Assembly (NCBI GenBank): GCA_965205015.1
Contig: OZ242029.1
Span: forward strand, 2,976,001 to 3,040,000
Source of the DNA: Candidatus Poribacteria bacterium
GTDB lineage: Bacteria; Poribacteria; WGA-4E; WGA-3G
Reading direction: 5' to 3'
DNA: 64,000 nt
Position numbers and translations under genes: made by a program. Of the stretch, positions 38,742 through 47,891 are shown piece by piece. The notes beneath the pieces were generated by a model that was not told the origin of the DNA, did no database searches, and saw only the letters and a list, made by a program, of their open reading frames with translations. Position 1 is the stretch's first letter; every line of letters begins with the position of its first letter.

Positions 38742-40346
38742 CTAAGCCGATGAAGGACTTTTTTCTATCACAGGAATGACGTAACTCCGTATCGTGTAAC
38801 CATCTACCGTCTCTATCTCCACCCGCGATTCTGGCTCCTCGCGGTGATCAAAGACGACGTAGTATCCTTCTATCGCTTTCTCCAATTTGAGATACGCAGC
38901 AAGCTGCCTTTTGCCTGCTTGATACCGGCGTTCACCTCTCCAAATCTTGGTCTCAACGACATACTTGCGTTGATTGTGGATGATGCAGATGTCTATTCTA
39001 CCGCGCCCGGTTTGCACTTCAAGGAACAGGCTACCTCCTACTATTTGGACAAACTGGTCAAGATATGTGAGAAGCAGGTGTCTTCCGACAGACTCTTGAG
39101 GGGTTTGGGGTACTTCCAGAATCCGAAAACCTGCACGCGCAATGAAGTGGCAAAAATTATCGAGTAACGGTTGCATGTCAATCTGTCCGGTATCTGTGAG
39201 GTAAGTTTGGAAGCCCTTGATGTTGTCTTCGGGGAAATATAGTTCTTCCAACCCATTTACTGTCGGTTTGAATGCTTGCAGGATGCGGTAGAGATAAATC
39301 GGATTGGCGATGTCGCATAAGCCATCTGTCCCCTCCGCGATGACCCCATAAGTCGCAAGTTCACTGATAACATCATCATCTATATTGAAAGGCACGCCAT
39401 CCTCATGTGCTGTAATTCTCATAAGGATTTTTTCAAAGCGCGGATCTTTACGAATATTGGTTGTCAGATGCTCAATATTAGTGTTCCGACGGTGGAGGAG
39501 TCGCGTGTGTGCGGTTGTAAAATGTGCCATTGTAATCGGTTTGGTTTTTGGAACGTCAAGCTCTTCTGTAAGAATCTGCGCGAGCCGGTTGACGAGCACG
39601 GGTTGACCAGCGGTCTGCTTATGAATAGCGGTGATCACCTCGGGGGCGAAGGTTTGGCCGACTTCATCCGTGTATTGTCCAAACAGGTCTTGCACCTCCT
39701 CGCGCGTGAAGTTTGGCAAATGGAACTCATCCTGAATATTGAAGGGCGAGATGGACCGATCGTAGTTGAGTTGGTTGATGCTCTTGACCCCGACGATGCT
39801 CACACTGTGGGGACATCGGGGTTTGCCGGCGATGTAGATGTGGCGGAGGGTGTGGAGAAAATCACTTAAGGCGGCTTGTGGAATGCCGTCAAACTCGTCA
39901 ATAACGAGGACAACCTTTTGTCCGTTATATTCAACGTCTAAAAAACTCGCAAACTCCCTAAAAAATTCCAGCAGTGAAAGGTGGTCAGTGAGCGTTGTGT
40001 TTTTCAAAAATTGCGTTAGAGCGTCCGAAGGCACATTGTCGTGTTTCTGTAACACGTGCTCAATGCCTTGGCGAATTTGCTGGTAGAGATGCCCGTAGAA
40101 AGCCGAAGGGGAAAGGTTTTTATAGATGTCAAAATTCAGCGGAATCGGAAAGTAGGAGGGTTCTTCTTTTGTGAATCTGTCCAGCGCACGCTGAAAAAAG
40201 GTGGTTTTGCCGGTTTGACGCGGTGCAAAGATGACAATATACCGTCCCTCTTTGATGCGGTTGATGAAATCCTTAATCCTTTCAGTGCGTGCGACAACAT
40301 AGTTTTCCGCTGGATGCACGGGACCTTGAGTTCCAAACCGTCTCAT
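38742..40346 (-). CDS. AAA+ ATPase fused to a C-terminal PD-(D/E)xK nuclease-like domain
   Basis: APRQTGKT Walker A, LVIDEFD Walker B, GRGRIDICI...VVETK. Confidence 0.8.
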   Translation of the reverse strand: MRRFGTQGPVHPAENYVVARTERIKDFINRIKEGRYIVIFAPRQTGKTTFFQRALDRFTKEEPSYFPIPLNFDIYKNLSPSAFYGHLYQQIRQGIEHVLQKHDNVPSDALTQFLKNTTLTDHLSLLEFFREFASFLDVEYNGQKVVLVIDEFDGIPQAALSDFLHTLRHIYIAGKPRCPHSVSIVGVKSINQLNYDRSISPFNIQDEFHLPNFTREEVQDLFGQYTDEVGQTFAPEVITAIHKQTAGQPVLVNRLAQILTEELDVPKTKPITMAHFTTAHTRLLHRRNTNIEHLTTNIRKDPRFEKILMRITAHEDGVPFNIDDDVISELATYGVIAEGTDGLCDIANPIYLYRILQAFKPTVNGLEELYFPEDNIKGFQTYLTDTGQIDMQPLLDNFCHFIARAGFRILEVPQTPQESVGRHLLLTYLDQFVQIVGGSLFLEVQTGRGRIDICIIHNQRKYVVETKIWRGERRYQAGKRQLAAYLKLEKAIEGYYVVFDHREEPESRVEIETVDGYTIRSYVIPVIEKSPSSA

Positions 40347-40400
40347 TGCTGCTCCTTAGGTTTCTCAGACATGCTATGTGTTGACTTGTTGGTGATATAA

Positions 40401-40429
40401 AGTCTAACACAGTATCACGCTGATGTCAA
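40401..40429 (-). promoter_or_regulatory. Sigma70 promoter for AAA-nuclease gene
   Basis: TTGACA-N17-TAGACT. Confidence 0.6.
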
Positions 40430-40507
40430 TTTTTTAGGGAAAAGGGGTGTGTTCATGTTTGAAAATGTGTGGAACAATAGTGCTTAGGCGATCCATCAAC
40501 AAAAATA

Positions 40508-40529
40508 GGCGAGGTTAGGAAACCTCGCC
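40508..40529. repeat. REP-like palindrome downstream of clpB
   Basis: GGCGAGGTTAGGAAACCTCGCC; sibling at ~20168. Confidence 0.65.
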
Positions 40530-40549
40530 AGCGGTGGGAGCCAGATCCT

Positions 40550-43132
40550 TTATACCTTACGGAAGCCGAACCCGCCATCTTCAAAGTCAACAACGATTGC
40601 GTCGCCATTGTGGAAGACCCCTTCCAGCATCTGGATCGCTAACGGATTAAGAATATCCCGCTGGAGGGTTCGCCGGAGCGGGCGCGCACCGTAGACTGGA
40701 TCGAATCCGCGTTTTACCAACGCTTCTTTGGCAGATTCAGAAAGCGTCAGTGCCATCTCCTTCTCCGAGAAACGGTGACCGAGTTGCGTGAGTTCAAGCG
40801 CGACAATCCGTTTTAATTCTTCGATACCGAGACGGTCAAAGATAATCAGATCGTCAATACGGTTCAGGAATTCGGGTGGGAAATGGGTCTGGACCGCCTC
40901 CATCACCTTCCGACGAATCTCTTTTGTGTCTAACAGTGCGTCGCTAATCCACTGACTCCCAATATTAGAGGTCATGATGACAACCGCGTTCTTGAAATCG
41001 ACGGTGCGTCCTTGTCCATCCGTCATTCTGCCGTCATCGAGCATCTGGAGCAAGACATTGAAGACCTCTGGATGCGCCTTCTCAACTTCATCAAGCAGAA
41101 TGACACAGTAAGGATGTCGTCGGACAGCCTCGGTCAGCTGGCCACCCTCATCGTAACCGACGTATCCCGGTGGCGCGCCGATCAATCGGGAGACGGTGTG
41201 TTTCTCCATGTACTCGCTCATATCAATACGCGCCATGGCGTTCGCATCGTCAAACAGGAACTCGGCGAGCGATTTAGCAAGGTGCGTTTTACCGACGCCG
41301 GTGGGTCCCATGAAGAGGAAGGAACCGAGCGGTCGATCGGGATCCCCGAGACCGACGCGAGCGCGTCGAATCGCATTGGAGACAGCACTCACCGCCGCAT
41401 CTTGTCCGATCACCTGTTCGCGCAGCCGTTCTTCCATGTTGAGGAGTTTCTGGGTCTCACCTTCCATGAGTCGGGAAACAGGAATACCGGTCCACTTTGC
41501 TACAATTTCAGCGATGTCTTCCGCACGCACGCGTTCCTTCAACATCTGCGTCCCTTGTGCATCCGTTTCCAAAGTCTCTCGGACAGTTTTAAGCTGCGAT
41601 TCCAACTCCGGTATCTTACCGTACTCAATCTCTGACGCTCTACCGAGGTTGCCTGCGCGTTTGGCTTGTTCCGACGCAATACGGAGTGCTTCAATCTGTT
41701 CCATCAACGCACCGATCTGTGTCAAATTCGCTTTTTCGTTCTGCCACGCGGCTTTGAGGGCATTCGCTCTCTCTTTGAGTTCAGCAAGCTCAGCCGTCAG
41801 TTTCTCAAGTCGTTGTTGTGAAGTATTGTCCTCCTCTTTCTCCAATGCCTGTTGCTCAATTTGGAGTTGGATGATCCGACGTTCCACCTCGTCAATCTCC
41901 TCCGGCACACTATCGATCTCAATTCGCAGTCGTGATGCCGCTTCATCCACCAAATCCACGGCTTTATCGGGTAGGAATCGTTCGGAGATATACCGCTTCG
42001 AGAGGGTAGCCGCCGCGACAATAGCACTGTCCTGAATTTGGACACCGTGGTGCGTCTCATAGCGTTCCTTCAAGCCCCGAAGAATGGCGATCGTGTCCTC
42101 AACCGACGGCTCTTCAACCTGCACCGGCTGGAATCGGCGTTCCAAAGCGGCATCCTTCTCAATATGTTTCCGGTACTCATCGAGTGTCGTCGCGCCGATG
42201 CACCGGAGTTCACCCCGTGCCAATGCGGGTTTGAGCATGTTTGAAGCGTCTACAGCCCCTTCCGCTGCACCCGCCCCGACGATGGTATGGAGTTCATCGA
42301 TAAAGAGCACGACCTGACCCTCTGCTTGTTCCACATCGGCAAGCACGGCTTTCAGGCGGTCTTCAAATTCACCACGATACTTACTCCCTGCGATGAGTGC
42401 CCCTAAATCGAGGGCGATAAGCCGTTTATCGCGGAGGCTTTCTGGAACATCACCATCAGCGATACGTTGTGCTAATCCCTCCACGATCGCCGTTTTTCCG
42501 ACACCGGGTTCACCGATGAGGACGGGATTATTTTTCCGTCTGCGGGAGAGCACTTGCATCACTCGCCGGATTTCATCGTCTCGTCCGATAACTGGATCGA
42601 GTTTACCTGCGATCGCCTCTTGCGTGAGTTCCCTGCCAAATCGGGTAAGTGCCTGATATTTATCCTCTGGATTCGGATCGGTTATCCGCTGCGTACCCCG
42701 GATATCGACGAGTGCCTTGAGAATTTTATCTTTTGTTACACCGGCTTCCCGCAGGAGTTTACTGACTTCACTCTGTTTCGTCTCGGCACACGCTACCAAG
42801 AGATGCTCTGTACTGACGTATTCATCCTTGAGGGCTGTCGCTTCTTTGAATCCGGCATCCAAAACGGATTGGAGAGCGGGAGCGATCCGCATTTCAGCCG
42901 CCGTGCCTTGTACTTTCGGTGTCTTTTGAACGGCGGTTTCAATTGCTGACGTAATCCCTGTCGTATCAACTCCCAGCTTCTGGAGAATCGGTATGACAAT
43001 TCCATCTGTCTGCCTGATGAGTGCTAACATCAGATGTTCAACCCCAAGTTCAGGACTGTGGGCATCTGCTGCTATACTTTGTGCTGTTTCGAGTGCTTCT
43101 TGTGCTTTAATTGTAAATCTATCAAATCTCAT
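40550..43132 (-). CDS. clpB: ATP-dependent chaperone ClpB
   Basis: GEPGVGKT and GPTGVGKT Walker A motifs, coiled-coil middle domain, 860 aa. Confidence 0.97.
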   Translation of the reverse strand: MRFDRFTIKAQEALETAQSIAADAHSPELGVEHLMLALIRQTDGIVIPILQKLGVDTTGITSAIETAVQKTPKVQGTAAEMRIAPALQSVLDAGFKEATALKDEYVSTEHLLVACAETKQSEVSKLLREAGVTKDKILKALVDIRGTQRITDPNPEDKYQALTRFGRELTQEAIAGKLDPVIGRDDEIRRVMQVLSRRRKNNPVLIGEPGVGKTAIVEGLAQRIADGDVPESLRDKRLIALDLGALIAGSKYRGEFEDRLKAVLADVEQAEGQVVLFIDELHTIVGAGAAEGAVDASNMLKPALARGELRCIGATTLDEYRKHIEKDAALERRFQPVQVEEPSVEDTIAILRGLKERYETHHGVQIQDSAIVAAATLSKRYISERFLPDKAVDLVDEAASRLRIEIDSVPEEIDEVERRIIQLQIEQQALEKEEDNTSQQRLEKLTAELAELKERANALKAAWQNEKANLTQIGALMEQIEALRIASEQAKRAGNLGRASEIEYGKIPELESQLKTVRETLETDAQGTQMLKERVRAEDIAEIVAKWTGIPVSRLMEGETQKLLNMEERLREQVIGQDAAVSAVSNAIRRARVGLGDPDRPLGSFLFMGPTGVGKTHLAKSLAEFLFDDANAMARIDMSEYMEKHTVSRLIGAPPGYVGYDEGGQLTEAVRRHPYCVILLDEVEKAHPEVFNVLLQMLDDGRMTDGQGRTVDFKNAVVIMTSNIGSQWISDALLDTKEIRRKVMEAVQTHFPPEFLNRIDDLIIFDRLGIEELKRIVALELTQLGHRFSEKEMALTLSESAKEALVKRGFDPVYGARPLRRTLQRDILNPLAIQMLEGVFHNGDAIVVDFEDGGFGFRKV

Positions 43133-43221
43133 TTTTTAATTTTTCCTTGCGGTTCGGTGAGGTGAGTTGGTTGAATGCGCTTATTTTCCGTATATCCGCC
43201 TGCGCCGTTGTTGCAGGCTGC
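43133..43221 (-). repeat. Repeated leader element ending at ATG (copy A)
   Basis: GCAGCCTGCAACAACGGCGCAGGCGG...CCGCAAGGAAAAATTAAAAA-ATG. Confidence 0.7.
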
Positions 43222-43231
43222 GCGTTAACGT

Positions 43232-43247
43232 AGCAAGATTTATGCCA
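43232..43247 (-). promoter_or_regulatory. Sigma54 -24/-12 promoter of clpB
   Basis: TGGCATAAATCTTGCT (GG-N10-GC). Confidence 0.7.
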
Positions 43248-43260
43248 TTTTAACCACTAA

Positions 43261-43305
43261 GCCATTTTGGCATCCAACGTGCAAAATTGGCAGGAACAAT
43301 TGGCA
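43261..43305. promoter_or_regulatory. Repeated TGCCAA-type palindromic boxes upstream of the sigma54 site
   Basis: GCCATTTTGGCA, TGCAAAATTGGCA, AACAATTGGCA. Confidence 0.5.
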
Positions 43306-43330
43306 CATTTTCGTCTGGTGTTGGCGGGTG

Positions 43331-44995
43331 TTAGTTATCCGAAAGGGGTTCTGTCACGACAAGTTCCTGGTTCGCTGCGAGGTTTTCCAACGTTTGCACA
43401 ACGCCGCTCTGCCAATGAATCTGAAGTTTATCCACAACGGTCCGCTCCCCAAGCCCAAAGCGTACCCTCGGATCGTTGCTACTGAGATAACTGTATCCTC
43501 GACGGACTTCCCGCGTCTGGGATTCAGTACCGAGCGTCACTGTAACACGCGTCCCTATGCCATCACGATTGCTGCGTATGCCGATCAATTTGAGACGCAG
43601 ATAGTTGTTGGAGGTGCGATTCTCATTTCGGAGGAGCGTCACTTTGGCATTCAACTGTGTGATGAGAAGGTCTGTGTCACCGTCGTTGTCGTAGTCGCCG
43701 AAAAGGGTCCCACGGCTGACGGCATCCCGACCTTTAAATTGCCTCTCGACAAACGTGCCATCGTCTTGGTTCCAATAGAGCTGATTGGGTTGTTTGTATG
43801 AGAGGACATCTGTGGTCCGCTCAACATTCGGGAAAATATGACCATTCGCGACAAAAATATCAAGGTGGCCATTGTTATCGGGGTCGAAGAATCCGGTTCC
43901 GAACCCCAAGAAGAGATAACTTTCTTCACCGAGCCGCGCCTTGTAACTGACATCGGAGAAAGTCCCGTCCCCGTTATTCCGATAGAGGGTGTTTGTCTCG
44001 TAAGAGAAGTTAGTGACGAAGATATCAAGAAATCCATCGCTGTTGTAGTCCCCGGCGTCGACACCCATACCGGCTTGGGCTATGCCGTCCGCGCTGTAGG
44101 CGCAACCTGTGAGAATAGCGATTTCGGCAAACGTGCCATCGCCTTTATTATAGAAAAGATAATTTGGCGTGTCATCGTTGGCGACGTAAATGTCGGGATT
44201 GCCATCGACATCAAAGTCTGCGGCAACAACACCTAATCCCTTGCCAAGAAACATGCCCCCCGGATCCCGAATATTGGCGGCATCTGTCGTATCGGTAAAG
44301 GTGCCATCGCCGTTGTTTCGATAGAGTCTATCGGGTGCCCCTTCAAAGTGCTTCGGGTGACAATAACCACGCACTTTCTCGGTGGCATTGAACGCCGGAT
44401 CTTCTAAACAGATAGGCGCGGATCCGTCTAATCTATAGTTGACGTAGTTAACGACGTAGAGATCGAGATAACTATCGCTGTCGTAATCGAAAAAAGTCGC
44501 GCTACTACTCCAACGGGTATCGCCGACGCCTGCTTGAGCGGTAATATCCGTGAATGTCCCGTCGCCGTTATTATGATACAGCCGGTTCGCACCGAAATTG
44601 GTTACATAAATGTCCACGTAACCGTCATTGTTGACATCTCCGCAGGCAACGCCGTGTCCATAACTCCCTTGATTGTTGACTTTAGCAGACGTAGTAATAT
44701 CCGTGAAAGTACCATCGCCGTTGTTTCGGAAAAGCGCACTTGGAGCGGCACTATTGACGAGGTAAAGATCGAGGTTACCATCATTATCATAATCGAGGAA
44801 TGCCCCGCCTGCCCCGAGGGTCTCAGGCAGATGAAACGCCCCTGTCGCACCGTTGGCGTGCGTAAATCGGATACCGGCACTATCGGTAACCTCTGTGAAA
44901 TGGGTAGGGGATTCTGCTGATAGCGCGGGAAACGGAATGAGGGAAAGGAACAAATGGAGCGCAGTCAAGAGTGTCCATAAATTAAAAACTTTCAT
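43331..44995 (-). CDS. CRTAC1-family protein (FG-GAP repeats + ASPIC/UnbV)
   Basis: Signal peptide, repeated DxDNDGxxDxYVxN, C-terminal SNRDGIG...GYSYLS...FGLG. Confidence 0.9.
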   Translation of the reverse strand: MKVFNLWTLLTALHLFLSLIPFPALSAESPTHFTEVTDSAGIRFTHANGATGAFHLPETLGAGGAFLDYDNDGNLDLYLVNSAAPSALFRNNGDGTFTDITTSAKVNNQGSYGHGVACGDVNNDGYVDIYVTNFGANRLYHNNGDGTFTDITAQAGVGDTRWSSSATFFDYDSDSYLDLYVVNYVNYRLDGSAPICLEDPAFNATEKVRGYCHPKHFEGAPDRLYRNNGDGTFTDTTDAANIRDPGGMFLGKGLGVVAADFDVDGNPDIYVANDDTPNYLFYNKGDGTFAEIAILTGCAYSADGIAQAGMGVDAGDYNSDGFLDIFVTNFSYETNTLYRNNGDGTFSDVSYKARLGEESYLFLGFGTGFFDPDNNGHLDIFVANGHIFPNVERTTDVLSYKQPNQLYWNQDDGTFVERQFKGRDAVSRGTLFGDYDNDGDTDLLITQLNAKVTLLRNENRTSNNYLRLKLIGIRSNRDGIGTRVTVTLGTESQTREVRRGYSYLSSNDPRVRFGLGERTVVDKLQIHWQSGVVQTLENLAANQELVVTEPLSDN

Positions 44996-45774
44996 TCCGA
45001 TGTTCGATACATCTCCGAGATGATTTCAAGCATGTCGGGGGCTTTGGTGAGATAGCGCACCTTTGCCTCTTCTTTAATGTCGTTGGGGATACCGTGCAGT
45101 GCTTCTGCGATACCACCGGCAATCGAACCGAGGGTATCGGAATCGCCACCGAGGGAGATGGCGTTACGCACTGCGTCTTCGTAACTTTCTGATTCTAAAG
45201 CGCACGTGACTGCCTGCGGCACTGTCCCTTGACACGTCATATCAAAAGCATAACTGGGGCGGATATCGTCCACCGTTTGTGTCAGATCGTAGCCGTACTC
45301 GGCAGTGATAACCTCGCGGATGTCTGTAGGACTTTCGCCTCGGAAGGCGAGATAGATGGCGTGGGTTGTTGCCCGCGCGCCTTTTATGCCTTCGGGATGG
45401 TCGTGACTGATAACGGTCACCTTATCGGCGGCGACGCGTGCGGCATTCAGATCCGTTCGGTTCAGAAACGCCGCGGGTGAGACGCGCATCGCTGCGCCGT
45501 TGCGGAAAGTGCAGTTAGGTGCGTCCGCTTCGGAATAGATCCAACTTTTAAATATCTGACTGAAACCGCATCTTGGATACCGCTTCCCCCACTTCCGCAT
45601 TGTTTCGGCTGGTGGAAGATTGTGTAAAAGCGCATCAGCGACAGCAGTCGTGCAGACCGAATCATCTGTGAAACGGCAGTCCTCACCGAAAAAAGGAAAA
45701 TCTTTGGTTTTAATCCGACGATCTTTGGGTTCGTAGATCGAACCGACAATATCCCCGATAATTGCTCCTAACAT
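44992..45774 (-). CDS. ADP-ribosylglycohydrolase family protein
   Basis: GAIIGDIVGS, FTDD, NGAAMRVSP, GGDSDTL. Confidence 0.9.
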   Translation of the reverse strand: MLGAIIGDIVGSIYEPKDRRIKTKDFPFFGEDCRFTDDSVCTTAVADALLHNLPPAETMRKWGKRYPRCGFSQIFKSWIYSEADAPNCTFRNGAAMRVSPAAFLNRTDLNAARVAADKVTVISHDHPEGIKGARATTHAIYLAFRGESPTDIREVITAEYGYDLTQTVDDIRPSYAFDMTCQGTVPQAVTCALESESYEDAVRNAISLGGDSDTLGSIAGGIAEALHGIPNDIKEEAKVRYLTKAPDMLEIISEMYRTSE

Positions 45775-45807
45775 ATTTTGTCCCTTTTAGAAAGCAGTCT
45801 GAACTAT

Positions 45808-45867
45808 GATTTATGTGATTTACCGTGATGATGTGCTCTCGGAGAATCATAGTAAATCACATAAATC
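45808..45867. repeat. Perfect 16-bp inverted repeat
   Basis: GATTTATGTGATTTAC (45808-45823) / GTAAATCACATAAATC (45852-45867). Confidence 0.7.
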
Positions 45868-45875
45868 CTGGTCGG

Positions 45876-46712
45876 TTATTGGTGTGTGCGTTGGGCTTTC
45901 AGGTATGCCCACGTGGTGGTGAATTTGCCTTGCGCTTCAACGCTCAAAGGCTCTGCGAGTTCAGTGAAATCTCCCTCGTCAAAAGCGGAACCGTAGACAA
46001 GCACTTCGTCGATGAGACCCCCAAACCAGTCAACATCGGTTTGCCCGCCGCCACCACCATCGTGATAAACGGTGTTCTGGTTGAGATGACCGACACCAAT
46101 ATCGTCGCCGTGGGCATGGAGTTGTCCCCCCTTTTCTTGGGCAATGCGTTTGCCATCCAGCCACATCTCAAACTTTTTGTTCTCGACCTTGTCCCTGGCG
46201 TCCCGAATTACCAAACCGACGTGGTACCACTGCTTTGACTTAATGTCCGCTGAGGGCCAGGCACCGTTCCAGTTGTATTCGGCGCGATTCCAACCGCCGG
46301 CGTAGACTTTACCGCCATGCACATAAAGTATTAAGCCTCGTGTGGCTCCACCTTCTTCAAAAATCACCTGCTTCCGATCATCAATTTTCGCGTTATCGCA
46401 GTAGAATAACGCTGCGACCGTCCGGTTGGTATAAGGTCCACCGGTATTGATGTCCACGGAATCTGGAAATTTGATACCATCGCTTTTGCCGTTGAACTGC
46501 AACGCTTTTCCTGCGATACCCTCAACGGCTTTCGGTTTTCCAGTGAAATTGCCGTCCAATCCTTTCTTCGATGTATCTTTGGCACTTCCATCGTTGAATG
46601 TCCAGTTCGCAGCAACTGTCGCTTCATCTCGCTGTGCGTTCGCTGGCATGACGAGGAGTAGTACACCCGATAACAGGACGATACAGAGTGTAGAAATAAA
46701 GACTCGAATCAT
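45876..46712 (-). CDS. Secreted LamG/concanavalin A-like protein
   Basis: Signal peptide, GKALQFNG, WYHVGLV, GLIDEV; C-terminal LSVEAQGKFTTTWAYLK. Confidence 0.85.
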   Translation of the reverse strand: MIRVFISTLCIVLLSGVLLLVMPANAQRDEATVAANWTFNDGSAKDTSKKGLDGNFTGKPKAVEGIAGKALQFNGKSDGIKFPDSVDINTGGPYTNRTVAALFYCDNAKIDDRKQVIFEEGGATRGLILYVHGGKVYAGGWNRAEYNWNGAWPSADIKSKQWYHVGLVIRDARDKVENKKFEMWLDGKRIAQEKGGQLHAHGDDIGVGHLNQNTVYHDGGGGGQTDVDWFGGLIDEVLVYGSAFDEGDFTELAEPLSVEAQGKFTTTWAYLKAQRTHQ

Positions 46713-47052
46713 TTTTTATTTCTCCTAAATATTTTCTCCTTTTTATTTTTGGAGGTTAAGATTTTGAGACAAGGGGATCCATGTCTCAGACTTCTAACGT
46801 ATGATACACTTCCAATCATTATTTAAAATTTCTAAAATTTTGTCAAATTAAAAACGCAAAATGGGAATCAAAATAACGTGAGTTGCATAAAAAATCTGAT
46901 AAAATCTTTTTTCCAAGCGATGTAACGTTTTGCCTAAAAATTGTGTCTTTAAAATAAGAAAAAAGGTATTGACACTAACCCGTATCTTAAGTTATTTTAT
47001 GCTAAAAGAGTTGATAAAAATTCGATCTACTTTGCTTTTCAAATGTAGGAAT

Positions 47053-47160
47053 AGTTGTCAGTTCGAAAAATCCTTTCAGTTGTCAGGCGTCAGTTAAAGA
47101 GGTGTTAGAACTATCAGCGTCCTCTCTTAACTGATAACTGATAACTACTAAAACCGAAAC
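47053..47160. repeat. Heptamer-repeat inverted element
   Basis: (CAGTTGT)n CAGTTAAAGAGG...CCTCTCTTAACTG (ATAACTG)n. Confidence 0.6.
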
Positions 47161-47180
47161 CCCCTAAAGGAGATAGGACG

Positions 47181-47846
47181 ATGAAGAAAATAATAGGGAC
47201 TGCCCCGACACTCGTCTATCCCGAATCAGACGGTGAACCGATGGCAGAAACGCCCAAACATCAGCAAGTGATGATAGATTGTATGGATATCATGCGAAGA
47301 CATTTTCGTGAAGTTCCAGATGTGTATATCGGTGGGAACATGTTCCTGTATTACGAAGAGGGGAATTCTCAGAAGAGCATCTCCCCAGATGTTTTCATGG
47401 TGCGCGGTGTCCCCAAAAAAGAGCTCCGGGTGTATAAAACCTGGGAACAGCCGCCGACCCTGGATTTTGTGTTGGAGGTCGCGAGTCCGAGCACCTTTGA
47501 GAAGGACTTCACAGTGAAAAAGGAGATTTACGCGAAGATTCTTTGTGTGAAAGAGTATTACATCTATGATCCATATCACGAGATTGACCCCGCTTTTATC
47601 GGTTTTCGACTTGTGGGTACGGACTATGAAGAGATAGATTTTGTAGAGGGGCGTCTTCCGTCTGAGGTGTTAGGTTTAGAGTTAGGTGAGTATGAGGAGG
47701 CACTGCGGCTGTATAATCCGGTCACGTTGTCGTGGTTACATCCGTCTCAAGATCGTGTAGACGATGCCGAGGACCGTGCAGATAGGGCGGAAGCCGAACT
47801 TGCAAAGGTACGCGCTGAGCTCAAACGGTTACAAACTTCCGAATAG
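47181..47846 (+). CDS. Uma2 (DUF820) family endonuclease-like protein
   Basis: YPESDGEPMAET, SPDVF, VLEVASPST, KEYYIYDP, coiled-coil tail. Confidence 0.87.
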   Translation: MKKIIGTAPTLVYPESDGEPMAETPKHQQVMIDCMDIMRRHFREVPDVYIGGNMFLYYEEGNSQKSISPDVFMVRGVPKKELRVYKTWEQPPTLDFVLEVASPSTFEKDFTVKKEIYAKILCVKEYYIYDPYHEIDPAFIGFRLVGTDYEEIDFVEGRLPSEVLGLELGEYEEALRLYNPVTLSWLHPSQDRVDDAEDRADRAEAELAKVRAELKRLQTSE

Positions 47847-47891
47847 GCTGTTTCTTTTGTTTGGGTAGGAATCGTAAGGAGATACACCTAT

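Noticed and set aside
43133-43330. CIRCE/HrcA operator upstream of clpB
   Set aside because: No TTAGCACTC-N9-GAGTGCTAA present.
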